From positions 124,001-188,000 of the forward strand of contig RSEE01000071.1 of assembly GCA_003971905.1 (NCBI GenBank): DNA of 64,000 nucleotides. The letters are read 5' to 3'. Positions 24,845 to 42,718 of this stretch are shown here, piece after piece; positions within the stretch are counted from its first letter, which is position 1; every line of letters begins with the position of its first letter. The position numbers and the translations under genes are program-made. Source of the DNA: Moniliella sp. 'wahieum'. Taxonomy: Eukaryota. The notes below the pieces were generated by a model that had not been told where the DNA came from, ran no database searches, and saw only the letters and a list, made by a program, of their open reading frames with translations.

Positions 24845-25686
24845 CAGTCTTCCATGTCGACGTCCAAGGCATCCTTGGCTTTCTGCTCTGCTTCCTGCAC
24901 GGGCGAACACCACAGACAGCGTCAGAACAAAGCCCACCAACCGATTCGCACTTATGATACAAAGAGGGAGAGAGACGTACTTGGGCCATCTGCAACGGGA
25001 CCAGTTGATGTTTGCCGTTGGTCTCGGGCCCGATCCAAGACAGTTCCAACTCAAAGTCCTTGTCCTTAGCATCGTCGTGGACCTTGTAGATGATCTCTGC
25101 CGCTCGCTCCACCGCTTGGGGAGCGTGATGGTGTCCCAGTCAATCTTCTCCAGTTCGGTCTTGGCCAACTGACGGCCTTTGCCAATGGCCGTGCCGCGGT
25201 AGCCACGGAACTCACCCGACGGCTCAATCATGTACAGCCAGGCTTGCCCGTGTGGGGTCAAGACCAGCAAGAATGGTGCTGATGCCAAACGGACGGACAG
25301 AGCTGTAGAGGGTATAGGCATCGGCGTACTGGGACAAGCGCGCCGCCAGCGCTTGCGGTCGAATTGGCTCATGGAAGTTGTCACGGAAACTCTCGCTCTC
25401 CTCGCGCGCGCGGCCGGCCATGTGCCGTCCATCGGCAATGAGGCCCGCGGTGGCAATGCCCAGATGGGTGTCAACACTGAAGATGCGCGGTTGCTGGGCG
25501 CACGCGGAACAAGCAGCTTGCTCGTCACGAGCTTCTCCACCGCCAGCACCACGCCATGGGGGTGCGGATGCCAATGGCCGTGCCGGCATTCTCGACGGCC
25601 TTGAGGGCGTACTCGACCTGGAAGAGGCGGCCGTCGGGGGAGTAGGTGCTGGTGGACAGGTCGTACCCGGTGCCCTGGGAAGCCAT
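24845..25686 (-). CDS. PRE10: 20S proteasome subunit alpha-7 (intron about 24896-24980; indels; end approximate)
   Basis: [84 protein letters not shown]. Confidence 0.93.
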
Positions 25687-26069
25687 GGTGGGGAGGGGGG
25701 GAGGTGGTGGGGCGGGGCGGGCGAGGGGCACGCGCGTGGGTGTGGGCTGGCGCGGCCGAGCGAGCAGCGGCGGGCGGCTGGGTGTGGGGGTACGCAAGCG
25801 CCCGAGGGGGGCGGGCGGAACGGCGAATTCCGCGTGGGCCTGAATGGCGTTGGATGTCAATGCGGTTTATTCAGCCAGCCACGCGGCGCAGGCTGAGCGA
25901 GTGGTGGATGGAGCAATCCTAAGCCCAATCAGCGCCGAAATGCAATGTTCAGATGGAGCATTGAACCTCCGTCACCCATGTGCTCTCACCGGTCCCCCAT
26001 CGCCCCTTCCCCTCCGCTCCCCTCCCCTCGCCGCCCCCTCCCCGCGCCTCCTTCCCCCATCCACCGCCC

Positions 26070-29000
26070 ATGGCCATCTCCAAGAAGGCTGGCGCCAAGA
26101 AGGCGCGCGCCGGCGGCGCTGCCCCCAAGGCCGCCAAGAAGCCCTACGCACCCGGCGGGGTGGCCAAGGCCGACTGGCGCGAGGGCTTCAAGAAGCCCCA
26201 GGCCGGCGTCAGCGACATGACCTCCTACCCCAGCTCACCAACGAAGCCATCAACGACAACCTCAAGAAGCGCTTCTTCAACCAGGAGATCTATGTATGCC
26301 TGCTGCCCGCATCGTCTGCTCGCACCCCCACTGACCTCCACAACAGACCTACATCGGCAATGTGCTCATCTCGGTCAATCCCTTCCGCGACTTGGGCCTC
26401 TACACCCCCGAAGTGCTGCAGACGTACCGCGGCAAGAACCGGCTGGAGATGCCCCCCCACGTGTATGCGATTGCTGAGGGCATGTTCTACAACATGCAGG
26501 CCTACCACGACAACCAGTGCGTCATCATCTCGGGCGAGTCGGGCGCGGGCAAGACCGAGGCGGCCAAACAGATCATGCAGTACATTGCTGCTGTTTCCGG
26601 CGACCAAGGCGGTGGGATTGAGAATGTGAAACAGATGGTGTTGGCAACCAACCCGCTGCTCGAGTCGTTTGGATGCGCCAAGACTCTCCGCAACAACAAC
26701 TCGTCCCGCCACGGCAAGTACCCGAAATCATGTTCAATGCCCAAGGCGCCCCGATTGGCGCCAACATCACCAACTATCTTTTGGAGAAGAACCGTGTCGT
26801 GGGCCAGATCAAGTCGGAGCGCAATTTTCACATCTTTTACCAGCTGGCCAAGGGCGCCTCCTCGGCACAGCGCGAACTGTTTGGCCTCCAAGGCCCCGAG
26901 GCGTACCAGTACACTGCGGGCGCCAAATGTCTGGACGTGGATGGGATCGATGACGTACAGGACTTCCAAGGCACGATTCAAGCGATGAATGTGATTGGTC
27001 TGAGTCAGGCCGAACAGGACAACATTTTCCGTATGATTGCCGCCATTCTGTGGTTGGGCAACACCCAGTTCTCTGAAAACAAGGATGGCAATGCCCAGGT
27101 CGCCGACACGAGCGTGACGGACTATGTGGCGTACCTGCTAGAGGTGGATGGGGCAGCGGTGCATCGCGCGCTGACGATCCGCATCATGGAAACGATGCGT
27201 GGCATGCGCCGTGGGTCGGTGTACGAAGTTCCGCTCAACCCGCCCCAAGCCGAGTCGGTGCGCGACGCGCTCTCCAAAGCCATCTACAACAACTTGTTCG
27301 ACTGGATCGTGGCCCGCGTCAACCAGTCCATGCACGCCCAAGGCACCACTGCCAACGTGATTGGTGTCCTGGACATTTACGGGTTTGAGATTTTTGACAA
27401 CAACTCGTTTGAGCAGCTTTGCATCAACTATGTCAATGAGAAGCTCCAACAGATCTTTATCCAGCTCACACTCAAGCGCGAGCAAGAAGAGTATGCTGCA
27501 GAGCAGATCAACTGGACTCCGATCAAGTTCTTTAACAACAAAATTGTCTGTGACTTGATTGAAGAGAAACGCCCGCCTGGCGTGTTTGCCGCGTTGAACG
27601 ATGCCTGCGCTACGGCCCATGCCGATCCCAGCGCGGCGGACCAGTCCTTCTCCAGCGCTTGAGCATGCTTTCTGCCAACGCGCACTTTGATGGGCGAGGC
27701 AACAAGTTCCTTATCCGGCACTATGCTGGCGATGTGATGTACAACATCAAGGGCATGACCGACAAGAACAAGGATGCGCTGCTGAAGGATATTCTTGATT
27801 TGGTTGACTCGAGTCAGAACCAATTCCTGCACACCCTCTTCCCCGACCGCCCCGACCCATCGTCCAAGAAGCGCCCCCCAACGGCCGGTGACCGGATCAA
27901 GGCGTCGGCCAACGCGCTGGTAGACAAGCTGATGAAGTCCCAGCCATCGTACATTCGTACCATCAAGCCCAACCAGACCAAGAAACCTGCCGACTATGAC
28001 GACCAGCAGGTCCTCCATCAAGTCAAGTATCTTGGTCTGCAAGAAAACATTCGTGTTCGTCGGGCTGGGTTTGCCTACCGCAACACATTTGAGAAGATGG
28101 TGGAACGCTTCTACCTTCTCTCTCCCAACACGTCCTATGCTGGCGAGTATACGTGGGAGGACGATTCGCGATCGGGCTGCCAGCAGATCTTGCAAGACAC
28201 AGGCATCGCACGGGACGAATGGCAAATGGGCCAAACCAAGGCGTTCATCAAGAACCCCGAGACGCTCTTTGCCCTGGAGACCATGCGGGACCGCTATTGG
28301 CACAACATGGCGATGCGGATCCAACGTGCGTTCCGCAACTACCTGCGCTACAAGCACGAATGTGCCCGGCGGATCCAGCGTATGTGGCTCAACAGAAGAG
28401 GCCATCAAGTATGTTGAGTTCCGTGATTATGGTCACCAACTCCTCCAGGGCCGCAAAGAGCGCCGCCGCTTCTCCCTCATCTCGATGCGCAAGTTCACCG
28501 GCGATTATTTGGATGTAAATGGCGGCTCGGTTGAGGGGGACCTTCTCCGACGCGCGGCGGGAATTGGCTCGACTCCTGTCACGTTTTCCTCCCGCGGCCA
28601 GATCTTGGTCCACCGCGCCCTTCGTTCCTCCAAGCCGTCGCCTCGGTTCATCCTGCTCACCGATAAGGAACTTCTGATTGTCGTGACCCAGCTGGTGAAC
28701 AAGCAACCGACAACGATGCTCGAACGTAAGATCCCGCTCTCTTCCATTGCCCAGGTGGGACTGTCCCAGCTCCGAGACGACTGGATTGTGATTAACCTCC
28801 GTGGGCAAGATCCGGAGGGAGATCCCGTTCTGCTACTGCTACCTCAACCGAGCTTGCTGCGCGTCTCGCACGGCAGACGGGCGGGAACATCCGTGTAAAC
28901 GTGGCCAACACGCTAGACTATGGCAAAAAGAAGGGCAAACGCGCTCAAATCTCCTTCAAGAAAGACGAGATGATCAAGCGGGACGACGAGTACAAGTCTC

Positions 29001-29870
29001 ATGTCGTTTCGGTCCCATCGGGCGAACCGGCAGGCTCGCTGTCCCGACCACCGGCACGGCGTAAACCCGGCGTCGTCCGCCCCGTTACCACGGGCAAACT
29101 GCTCAAAGCTGGGGGGCCCAGTAACCCCAACCGGGCTCGGCAGGCCGCTCGGGCCGTCCGGCACCCAAAGCCGCTCGACCCTTGCCTAGCTCCAACGGCT
29201 CGGCCCCACCTCGAGCTGCAACTGCATCCCGTGCCCTCGCTAGCGGTCCGGCTCACCGTGCACCGCCTGCGCCCCCGCCTGCGCAACCGGAGGAAGAGGA
29301 GGAGGAAGAGGACACCTCGGTGCCCATGTACAAGGCCTTGTACGATTTTGCCGCCTCGTCGTCGGGAGAGATGTCGCTGACGGCCGGGGAACTACTGGAG
29401 GTAAACAGCAAGCTGATAATGGTACGTGTGCGCTGATACGCTGGTGCGCTGGTGCGCTGGGCTGGGAAGGTGGAACGTGAACTAACTAATGCGTGCTTTT
29501 GATGTGTCTGGCAGGTTGGTGGCTCGTCAAGAAGGCCGGTGTGGAAGCCTGGGCGCCCTCGGCGTACCTGGAACTGGTCCCCCCAAACCTAAGAAACCTA
29601 AGGTGCGCCGTGCCCCGCCTGCTCCTGCTGCGCCTGCGCCTGCGCCTGCGCCGGCACCGGTACCGGCCGCACGCGCGGCAGCGACCAAGCCCAAGCCCAA
29701 GTTCCAGCCGGTACAATCGACGGTGCGGGCTGAGAACGCACATGCGGTCGCTGCGGATACGTCGGCGGCGCCCGTGGCTGTGATGCCGGGGATGGGCACC
29801 AGGTGGGTTTGCCGAGTTGCTAGCTAAGAAGAAGGCGGCGATCGCCGCGGGCGAATGGCGGTGGCGGCGG
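26070..29870 (+). CDS. MYO1: Class I myosin (motor, IQ, TH1, SH3); introns 26294-26346 and 29422-29514; indels; end approximate
   Basis: MAISKKAG...[20 protein letters not shown]-loop [25 protein letters not shown]1 [10 protein letters not shown]3 YKALYDF...GWWLVKK...WAPSAYL. Confidence 0.96.
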
Positions 29871-30400
29871 TGCTCGGCTGGCGACTCGACGCCCAGCAGT
29901 GGCGCTTCCACCCCGCGCCCGCCCATCCCTCTGAAACCCAAGCCAGGCGTGGCGGGGCGCAAGATGCCCCCGCCCCCGCCGCGGCGGTAGAGTCGCTTTC
30001 GGGTGCGCGTTTTGTGCGTGCTGTGCGTGATGTTCTGGGCGAGGGAGCGTGCTGGTCAACGGGGCGCACGGAGTGGATAATGCATCATGCTGGCTACGAT
30101 GGGACAGAGCATTCGAAGGCGGGGTTCAAGGTAGGGGGGATGGGTGTCGGCCAATACTCCGCAGATTGAAGAAGGCTCGCCTGGCTCGCCTGGGAAGTCT
30201 CTTTAGTTGGTCAACCTGTGTACTCCTTGAAAGCGGCGTTGCAACTCCATTGCCATTTCGCTGGGTGTGGCTTGAGAGAGTCACGTGCCCTGCGTACCAG
30301 CGTGGGAAGCAGCGTAGATACTGATCCAGTCACGATTAGTCACTGCGTGTTTGATCTCCTGGGCGCCCCCTACGCCCCCTACGCCCCCCCCCACCGCCAC

Positions 30401-32474
30401 ATGACCACCGCCGCGCCCCGCATCTACGGCACTGTGCTCCCCCTGCCCCCCCCACCGTTGCGCCGTCCCACTCGGACGCCATGTCCCCAGTCCCTCGCCT
30501 CGTCTTCCGCCGCGTACTCCGGCCACCTCTCCTTTGCCGAGCCGCCCCCGCCCGCCCGCACCCCGCAGCTCCGTCTACGACCCCATCCTGCCCCTCCTTC
30601 ACCACTGCCGATCCGGGATCCCGCACAACGGCCCATGCTCACACCGCCCACCCCCACCCGCCATCCACCACCGCATTCACTGCCCGTGCCCCGCCACCGA
30701 CGCCCCTCCATGCCGAGTATGGTGCGTACCGCGGTGCCCATCGCGTTCCCACCGCTGTGCCCAGTCGGGCGCCCACGGCCGTGCCGAGTATGGTGCCCAC
30801 TGCAGCTGCACCCAGGTAGGGCACCTACTGCGTACCGAGTATGGTGCCTACTACGGTGCCGAGTATGGCCCCCACCTTGCCACGGGGACTCAGCTTGCTC
30901 CAGCGGCTCCTTCCGTCGCCCCGCTTGCCACAGTGAGGAATCTGGGGCTGAGATTCCTGGTCTGCCAGCGCGCACGGGCGGCGTAGTTACCAGTACCACA
31001 CTGCGCGCCACGATCAAGAATGTGGCAGAGCCGGAGATGCAGACGGTATGTGTGGACTTGGCTCTGGAGCGCTGCAGTCCTATACGCTTCCCAAATATGG
31101 CGGCCTTTACCAAGAGAGCTTGGACGTTCGCTACGGTCCTACTTGGCAGAGTATCGTGGGGATCAAGTATGGCTCCTATGTGACTCATGGTATGTCTGGT
31201 CCTTTCTCCATCGGTTAGCGCTGACGGTTTGGGGGCTGGTTGGATTGGATTGGATTGGATTGGATTGGGTGGGGTTGGTTCGACCACAGAGGTGCGACAC
31301 TTTATCTACTTTTGTATGTTATTGCCCCAGATTTGGGCTGCAGAAAACTGACTCCGTTATGCAACAGACTTGGGCGACTATGCTTTCCTTTTCTGGCGTG
31401 CCTAGGCTGGAACCAGACCGTTTAATGCACTTGTACGGGCCACCTTATACATTTGACCTATCTCTGTTCTTGCCTCCACCGTAATCCTGTAATCACCCCA
31501 TTCACCAAATCCCCTTCATCTTGCTTGTTGTGAGGCTGTGACGTAGGATATGGTGAATAAGCACGTTGGCCGCTTTTGGACCGCTCGAACGACTTCGAAC
31601 GACTTGGGACATCGTAGACCCGTCCATTGGGTCCAAGAACCCTTTTCGAACCAAAACGTACGATGCAAAGATGCGATTGGCGCTCGACGCGTCGTCCAAG
31701 GGGGCGACCGAGACGCATCATGGTAGGTTGACCACCGCTGTACGTTCAACTCATCAGGTTTTCTTCTATGGCCTTACTCAAGTGCTCCGAGTTACCAACG
31801 AGTAAGTCCAGATTGACATCATCCCGGCACTTTGTACTGTTTCTTTCTCTCTCTCGACGCAAGGCAGGTGCAGACTGATGCCATCGGTGGAGCGCGTCCT
31901 GGTCGGGTCCCATATCTAATCTATAAGTATATAGGGTGCATCGTGAAGCACTGCGAGAGCCGGCCCTCAGCTTGTGCGATACATTCGCGAGACACTCACG
32001 CTCACAAAACCACACATCGTTGTTGGGGACGATGAGCAAACGTGATGGGGGGCTATAAAAGGTCCGAACACGAACAAATGGATGAGTGGACCAGAAGGTT
32101 GGATGTGGGCGGCCACGCTTTGGAATCTGGGAATGATGAAGGCCCAAGTGCGTGAATTCCTAAGGGGGTATACATGAAAGATGCCTACACTCTTCTGGAA
32201 CGCCGGTGGAAAGAGGAGCTGCACCGGCTGGCTGGAGAGGAGAACGTCATCCCTACCAGAGACGCGCCCCGATCATTTCAATCTCCCTGAAAATGACGAA
32301 GGGATTGACGTTACTAAGGTAATGCCACTAATGCCACGAAGACTGCCTCAAAGGTATTTGGACGTTAGAAACCGCTTGGAAGAGTCATGGTGGAGACCCG
32401 TCCCGTCCCGCACATGTTCACCGTGTTCATCCGTATCTCCATGCCTACCAGTGGCGCCGCTTTATCCGATTTGA
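30401..32474 (+). CDS. Hypothetical multi-exon protein with Pro-rich N-terminus and PTAVPSM-type repeats
   Basis: ATG at 30401 after a C-rich leader; donors GTATGT (~31191), GTACGG (~31433), GTAAGT (~31802) with downstream YAG; open segments 30218..31183, 31020..31484, 31566..31805, 32181..32474. No family recognised. Confidence 0.4.
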
Positions 32475-32831
32475 AGACACAACAAAAGGACCGGAGCTCG
32501 AGGGTCCGGACGACTCAGTATCAGTGAGATGGCGACATCCTTTGGCCTCATGATAGTGGGTGAGTGCGAGCTGTCAGCAAACGTCGGAGGAGTAGTCCTC
32601 GTCTCTGCCTCTGCTTGGCCATGAGCTGATGCACTGATGTGGAATTTTGAGGTCCAACACGCTCCTTGCCATGATCATGGAACGGCGTAAAAAACTGTGG
32701 ATGGACATTCGGTCGCTGCATCATGGGCATCACCTGATGGATGACGATGAATTTTGATGTGACTCTTCCGGTGAGCAAATATGGGTTCAACGCAAGCCGG
32801 GCGCCACTTGGGATTCTTCCACAACATCGAC

Positions 32832-35309
32832 ATGGATCGGGCCAAGGCGCAGGTGGAGGATGAGCTGGCAGCACTCCATGCCCTCCTCACGGCGGTGGAC
32901 AAGATCGGGCGTTCGCGGGCGTTGTGGCAAACCCTCGTGCCAGGCTTGGGCGTCGGCGGCGCCCCACCCGTCCTGTCGCCTGATGTGCGCCTCCATCTGA
33001 CCCAGCGGCTATCCCAGCAACGCCTGCCCCCCGGGGACGCTGGATGCGTGTGTGAAACTACTCGCGCCATCTCGTGAGGGCACATGCTGCCCTTCTCCGG
33101 CCCAGCCTGGCGTGCCCATGCTTCCGCTGCACTGCCATCGCCTTGGCCCGCAGCGGCCGATTCGCCCTCGGGCGAAGGCACAGGCGCACGTACCGGCGCC
33201 GCCCTGGCCTAGGGGGCGTTCGTACCAACATTGTTCGAGAACAGGAGTTTCTGCAGCGCTATACGCTGGAACAGGAGCTGCTGGCCACAGTGGCAGGAAA
33301 ATCGTTGGGCCCCCTCCGCGCTCCTGATACCTCCAACACTTCCAGCCTTTGTGTCCAGCTGAGATGGTGGTGGCCCTGATGCTGCGGCCAGGACATGTGC
33401 TCCTCATATATCCACCCTCCCTCCCCGCCCAAGACCAAGACCAAGGCTAAAGGCAACCCAAGAAGATGACCACGACTCAAGCCAACCCCCCGCCGAATGG
33501 CAAACCCAAGCCCAAGCCCAAGCAGCCCCCGCGGCTCGACGCTATTTATGACGTTCTCACTGTGGACCGAGGAGAGGACCAACAGATACGAAGGGGGTGG
33601 AGGAAGGGGTAATCGATGCGTGGGTGCTACGCTGGGAGCACCCCTTCTTCGCACTCAGCTTTGGCTCAAGCTCTTCACCGGCAAGAAAACTTCGCTCTTG
33701 GCTCAATTTCGTGAGGCCGAGGCCGAGCTGGAGCCAGACTCGGACGGATTCGGACGCTGAGGATCAAGTGAGGCACCAACAGAGCGTCGACGAAGCTGAT
33801 ATTGCCCTCAAACGGTGCAGCCTCTACGTACTCCTACAGCCCTGGACGAAGCTAGACGCGCCCTCTCCCATCCCGTTGAGGTAGAGGTCATCCTCACCCG
33901 ACTGGACCTCCCACCACCATCAACAGACACACTTACCCTTGCACAGCTATATGCGTTGTCTGAGGAGGGACCGGTACCAGTACCGTTTGACCCGTCTCGT
34001 TGCCCTGGCAGGCACCCTGGGGATTCGCCTTGTGACACCAAGAGCAACATGGACGCGCTCAAGGTCGCGGTGGCAGAACAAGAGGGACTGACAAAGCAGG
34101 CCGTTGTCCTCCCATCTGAACGAGCTCAGGGGGGGCAGGGAAACACATACCTCCCCACCCCACTGTGCCCCTGTCGTAGTATCCGACAGCGAGCTAACGA
34201 CCTCCCCACCTGCCACGCACCATCCTCACCGACCCCGCCTACCGAGACGCACGTCAACCTTGACCTCAGTGCACTGGTTGCGCTCATCAGTGATGTATCC
34301 CACACCCCCTTGGCGGAAGAGTGGATAGAGGCCGTGCGCGCCTGCGACTTTCCCCCCGAGGAAGAGGAGGTGCCTGTACCCGAACCGATTGCCCGTGCGT
34401 TCCGGAGCGTGGTACCGTGGAAAGTGGCACAACAGGAAGAGGAGCAGATCCAGGCTCAAGTCGTCGACGCTGTTGTTGACGACGTTTCCCTCCCTGACCA
34501 GTCCGCAGTACACCACCCCCATCCCCAACCCCAACCTCAAAACGAAAAGGATAATGAAAAAAGACGCCGGCTGCCCCGGGCATGACCCAAGGTCGCGCCC
34601 TGGCGATGCAGTTGACACGCGAAGTGCGCTGCACCTCCAGGGCGACGGGTATTGCCTTACCTTGCCTCCCTTGCGTCTCGTACTGTGGTCCTGCACGCCA
34701 CCCAGGAAGTAATGGACAAACTGCACCAGATCACACGTCTGGTCGCCGGCCCAGGGGAACGACGGCGAGCGGACCTGCTCTGTCGGGCCAAGGGTTCTGG
34801 CAAGGCAGCCGGTACGAAAGTGTGGATTCGGTGCGGTCCAAGCTGCTGATCCCGATCCAAGTTGGCCCACGCTACCGCCTCTCCCTCCTGTCCAGAAGGG
34901 ACAGGATGCGTTCCTTGCCTGTGCCCAGCGGGTGGTGTACGAAGGGATGGGCATCCACTGGGGCCGTCCGGCCGGCAAGGCCAATGCCCGTGCGCGCGTC
35001 AGTGCACCTACCCAGATGGCTCATACCCTGGGTACATTGTGGCTTGGCCTAGTGCCGATGGAGGAAGACCCGGTACTCACGGTGACTACGGGCCTAGCGA
35101 GTGTCCGCTGGCTCGTGCGTCAACTCGCTGATGGTTTGGGACCTCAAGCTAGTGCTCTGCTCCTGGCGCCCCGACCGGCACGCATCTTGGTCACGCACCC
35201 TCGCTCGTTGGCGGAGCACATGCGCACCGGCTCGCATCACCTCCCTGTTCGCGATGAGCACGGTCACCTCGTTCTCCCCAGGACAGATGCGCTGGGGCCC
35301 GCGGAGTAG
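32832..35309 (+). CDS. DUF1308 / C7orf25-like protein (frameshifted)
   Basis: VID...WLKL, VNLDLSALVALISDVSH, ALAMQL, ATQEVMDKLHQITRLVAGPGERRRA, LTVT...VRWL, HPRSLAE occur in the order expected for this family. Confidence 0.65.
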
Positions 35310-36900
35310 AGCGCGTGTGTCCGCGGAATGGTTTCGTCTGCCCTTTGCATACCCCAGCTTTGACAGGTGGAAAAACGATGCTGAACATGGCGGAAACATG
35401 CAAGTCACTATAGTCACGCGTCACGGTGGTACGGCGACAGTGGCAGCTTGAAGCTTGAAGCTTGAAGCCGACGGGAGAGTTGGGACCGAGCAGCGCCTCG
35501 GCCTTGGCCACGGCGTTTCAACTGAAGTAGTGGGGCATCTACCAGGCAGCACAAGGGCAGGGCCAAACATATGTATGACGCGGCCACATTCCATGGCGGA
35601 CGAGCAATCTCTTTATTAGGCCAGCTTGACGTTCACCCCAGCAGTCAGTCACTCGCCATCGCTCAGCTGTCAGTGGCTGAGCGCAGTGGCTAGTGTCTCA
35701 TGTCCTTCCTGCCCCCAGCCGTCCAACGTCCAACGTTTATTTCGGCCTTTAAGCTTTAGGCCTTACGCCTTGCACCTTGAAGTTTGAGCCTTTAGGCCTA
35801 TATGGCCGGTCCCACGCCTTATTCGGCCTTGGGCTTTAGGCCCTACACGGCCCAACCGATCAGAGCCTCCTCCGCGGGTCATTAATCATTGATCTCGGTG
35901 ACCAAGAAATCATCAACGCGACTGTCGGGTCTTGGCAGAAATGCAGTATCGAAGCGCCTGGGTTGTTGACTAGTGACTAGGAGTGACTAGTGACTGCGCG
36001 TGCGTATATCGGTGTCGCACTTTTGCCATGGCCGAACCAGCCCGAGACTTGAATAACCCGCGCGGAACAAGGCGCTGAGCGTCTGGGCTGAAGAGCGTGG
36101 CAGGCACCAAGGGCTGGTAACCGTTAACCGACAACCGTAACGCGTAACCGATGCCCGGTGCGGGCTTTTGAGGGGGCGCTGCGGAGGGAGAACGAATCTG
36201 ACCGGTTTGATCCCTGGCGGCTCGCAACGCGTAAGGAAGAAACGTTGGGGCATACCCCGGGTGTGTCAGGGTGTGTCCCACTGATGCGCCCCGTCCCTCC
36301 AAGGAAAAACACAGGCTGCCGGTGAAAGCAGCGCAGATGACAAGTGGGACAGCCATGATTGATGGCACGCAATGACATATCCAGACAAGCCTACCAGAGA
36401 AAAAGCAGGGCTGTACTGACCACCGAGGGAACCGAGTGGGTCTGCCCAGCCCCAACGAAGAGTAGGATGCTGCGATGTGAAATGTGCGAGTAACCATGTC
36501 ATCGATTATCCTCGAGTTACTAGTTACTGCTGGGTATTAGGCTTGCACCGATACGTCGGGGTGGTAGTTGTCGCAGGCTGTGGACTACGCCTCGCATGGC
36601 ATTCGCCGACCCCGACCCTGGCCGAGCCCACACGTCAAAAAGCGAGATATGAGGCTGTGATTTATTTCACAGGGCTACTTGGGCAAGCATCATCCTCATG
36701 TGCCGCAAAGCATCCGCCACCTCGCGCCCCTCTGTGTTGTGCAAGAACTTCTTCCAGTCTCTCCTTTCCTCTTCTCCACCGCCGACCAACACTTCTATGA
36801 CCGCCTCAGTGCCGTCCGCTTCCACCGCCACCCCCCCTTAACCACTGCCTCTTCCAGCTGGCGCCCCGATCCTTCCGTCAGCTCTTCATCTTCCATCGCC

Positions 36901-37430
36901 ATGAGCCCTCTGAACACATCAGCCAAGTTTCAACCCTATGCATCCCTCCCAGGCTACTCTCTTCCGCCATCTTATCGGCACCTGGAGTCTGGAGCGCGCC
37001 GTAGCCACCAATGCGGAAGGCAAGTTCTCGAGATGCCTCGGCCCTTGTCCCCAGGGTCTGCTCATTTACAGCCCTGAGGGCTACGTCACCACCTTCATCG
37101 AACGTGCTGGACGGCCGATTTGTACACTGGTCCATTTGAGCTCCTCGCTCCTCCGAAGAGCTGTCCACGTCTCCCGATGCACTATGCTGGGACATGCCCG
37201 ACTCGTCCATCTATCCAGAAAGATTGGCACCATGCAACGCGAACTCAAGATTATTGAATCAGGACCACATCCTCTCTTAGCCATGCACATTCCAAATATG
37301 GGCAAATGCGTAAGTCTCCCCCTCTCCCTTCTGTCACTGTCGACACACTTGCTGATGTCCACGTATTTGCTCTACAGGGAACGCTTGACTTGCACTGGCG
37401 ACGGCAGGAGGTCTTTTCCTTTTGAACTAC
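36901..37430 (+). CDS. Lipocalin-like domain protein (Lipocalin_5 type), short or fragmented
   Basis: LIGTWSLERAVATNAEG...LGPCPQGLLIYSPEGYVTTFIERAGRP and IGTMQRE resemble the LxGtWxL...G..P.G.liYt.dG pattern; GTAAGT...CTGAT...CAG intron near 37310-37377. Confidence 0.55.
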
Positions 37431-37913
37431 GGTTGCCCTCCCTCACTCCACATCAGTCCCGTCCCATGGACAACATTTTAGTTCGTCTTCTGTGTTACTC
37501 TCATATACACCTCATGCGCCCGGGCTATATTGCGGCCCACTTCTCTGCTTATGCTTTTTCTAGCTCATATCTGTGCTTATTGTGGCTCAATGGCCGTTTT
37601 GACGCTGGACTGGCTATCGAGGTAGCCGTTCCTACGCTTGGCTGTTCCACTTATATACGCCACCCCTCTGTGTTCCCATTCGACATGATCGAAGCTATCA
37701 GGCCTTGGCCCCCCCGCGGGGCCTTCGGTAGCGTCAGTGGAGCATTAGCATAGGACACAGCAGTTTATAAGTGAATCGGCTTGATCTCGAAAAAAAGAGA
37801 GGAAAAATAAATTGAAACTGCGAAATATGCTCAACCGATCGAAGTTGCAGTGCGTGACGGCGGACAACCACCACTCACTCCAACCCCCCCACCACCATCA
37901 CACTCCCCTCGTC

Positions 37914-41668
<3,755 letters not shown>

Positions 41669-41784
41669 GGCCGAGGAAAACACATGCGTGGCACTTCGTG
41701 CGAAGATCAGCTCCATCCAAAGTACCAGATCCATACAAATGCAGATGCACTAGTGATACCATAGGATAGAACACGAGACTACGT

Positions 41785-42718
41785 CTACATCCGCTGCGCT
41801 TGGTGGGCAAGAAACAGGCTCGCCGTGACCGCGGACCCAGCTAGGGCACCGACCAAGCCAGCGACCCAGGGCTGGGCCAGTCTGTCCGTAGTGCCGGCGG
41901 CGAATGCAGCAAAAGAATGGACTGTCTTGCTCAAGAGCCCTCGGAGGGAGGGGGGGCAAGAGCTTGGACATCTCTTGCTGCGTAGGCACGATGGGCGGTT
42001 GGCCTGGTACCCTTGCAGAAGAGGCGGATTTGGTCTTGGTCCAGCTGGGCCAGCTGCTCAAAGGACCAGGTGGTACAAACGGCGCTCATCCATCCCATCC
42101 GTTTCTTCCTTCTTGGGGGGAAGGCGCCACCTGACGCAACTGTCTCCGTAGCTCACCCACCTGCTCGATCGCAGGACCAACAGCGTCCGGCAGCGCTTGC
42201 TCAATCCGCTGCCGAATCAACGATGCCAGCTTAGGCCCCCGTCCACCGGTAGAAACCATGACTTGCAGTGCCCGCGCCGGATGAGACTTCCAAAGTAAAA
42301 GTCGCACTCGGGCGGAACATCAGCCACATTCACTGGGATTCGACGCAGACGACACGCGCGGCAGATCGCCCGGCTGAGGTCCGCGTCATCAATGGCGGTC
42401 AGGACCAGGTCGTATTGCACGCCAGGAGCGGCATGACGGTCCGAAGGCACCTCCCCCTCCGCAGGCGAGAGATCCAACTCGATTTCAGGCGTAAGGAACT
42501 TGCGGTCCAGGTACACGTCTACCTCGCCTTGCGCCACGCGGTAGCGCAGCTCCTCGCACAGCCCCTTGGGGCGCGAGCAGGGTGACGTGCGCATCGGCGT
42601 CTTGACGTTGACCAGGCGCCCGGCGGCAACAGGACCGCCGCCAACGATGAGCACGCGCTTGCCCTTGAGCTGGTACGCGAGCAGCAGCCCGCCCCCGGGA
42701 CGATGGTCGATACGCCAT
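41785..42718 (-). CDS. MET8: Siroheme biosynthesis precorrin-2 dehydrogenase/ferrochelatase (frameshifted)
   Basis: LLLAYQLKGKRVLIVGGGPVAAGR, LVLTAIDD, IPVNVADVPPECDFYFGS, LQVMVSTGGRGPKLA. Confidence 0.9.

Noticed and set aside
30700..30880. Glycine-zipper-like GTILGTAVG repeats on the minus strand (amyloid or pore-former idea)
   Set aside because: This is the reverse complement of the PTAVPSM repeats; start context and splice signals support the + strand.
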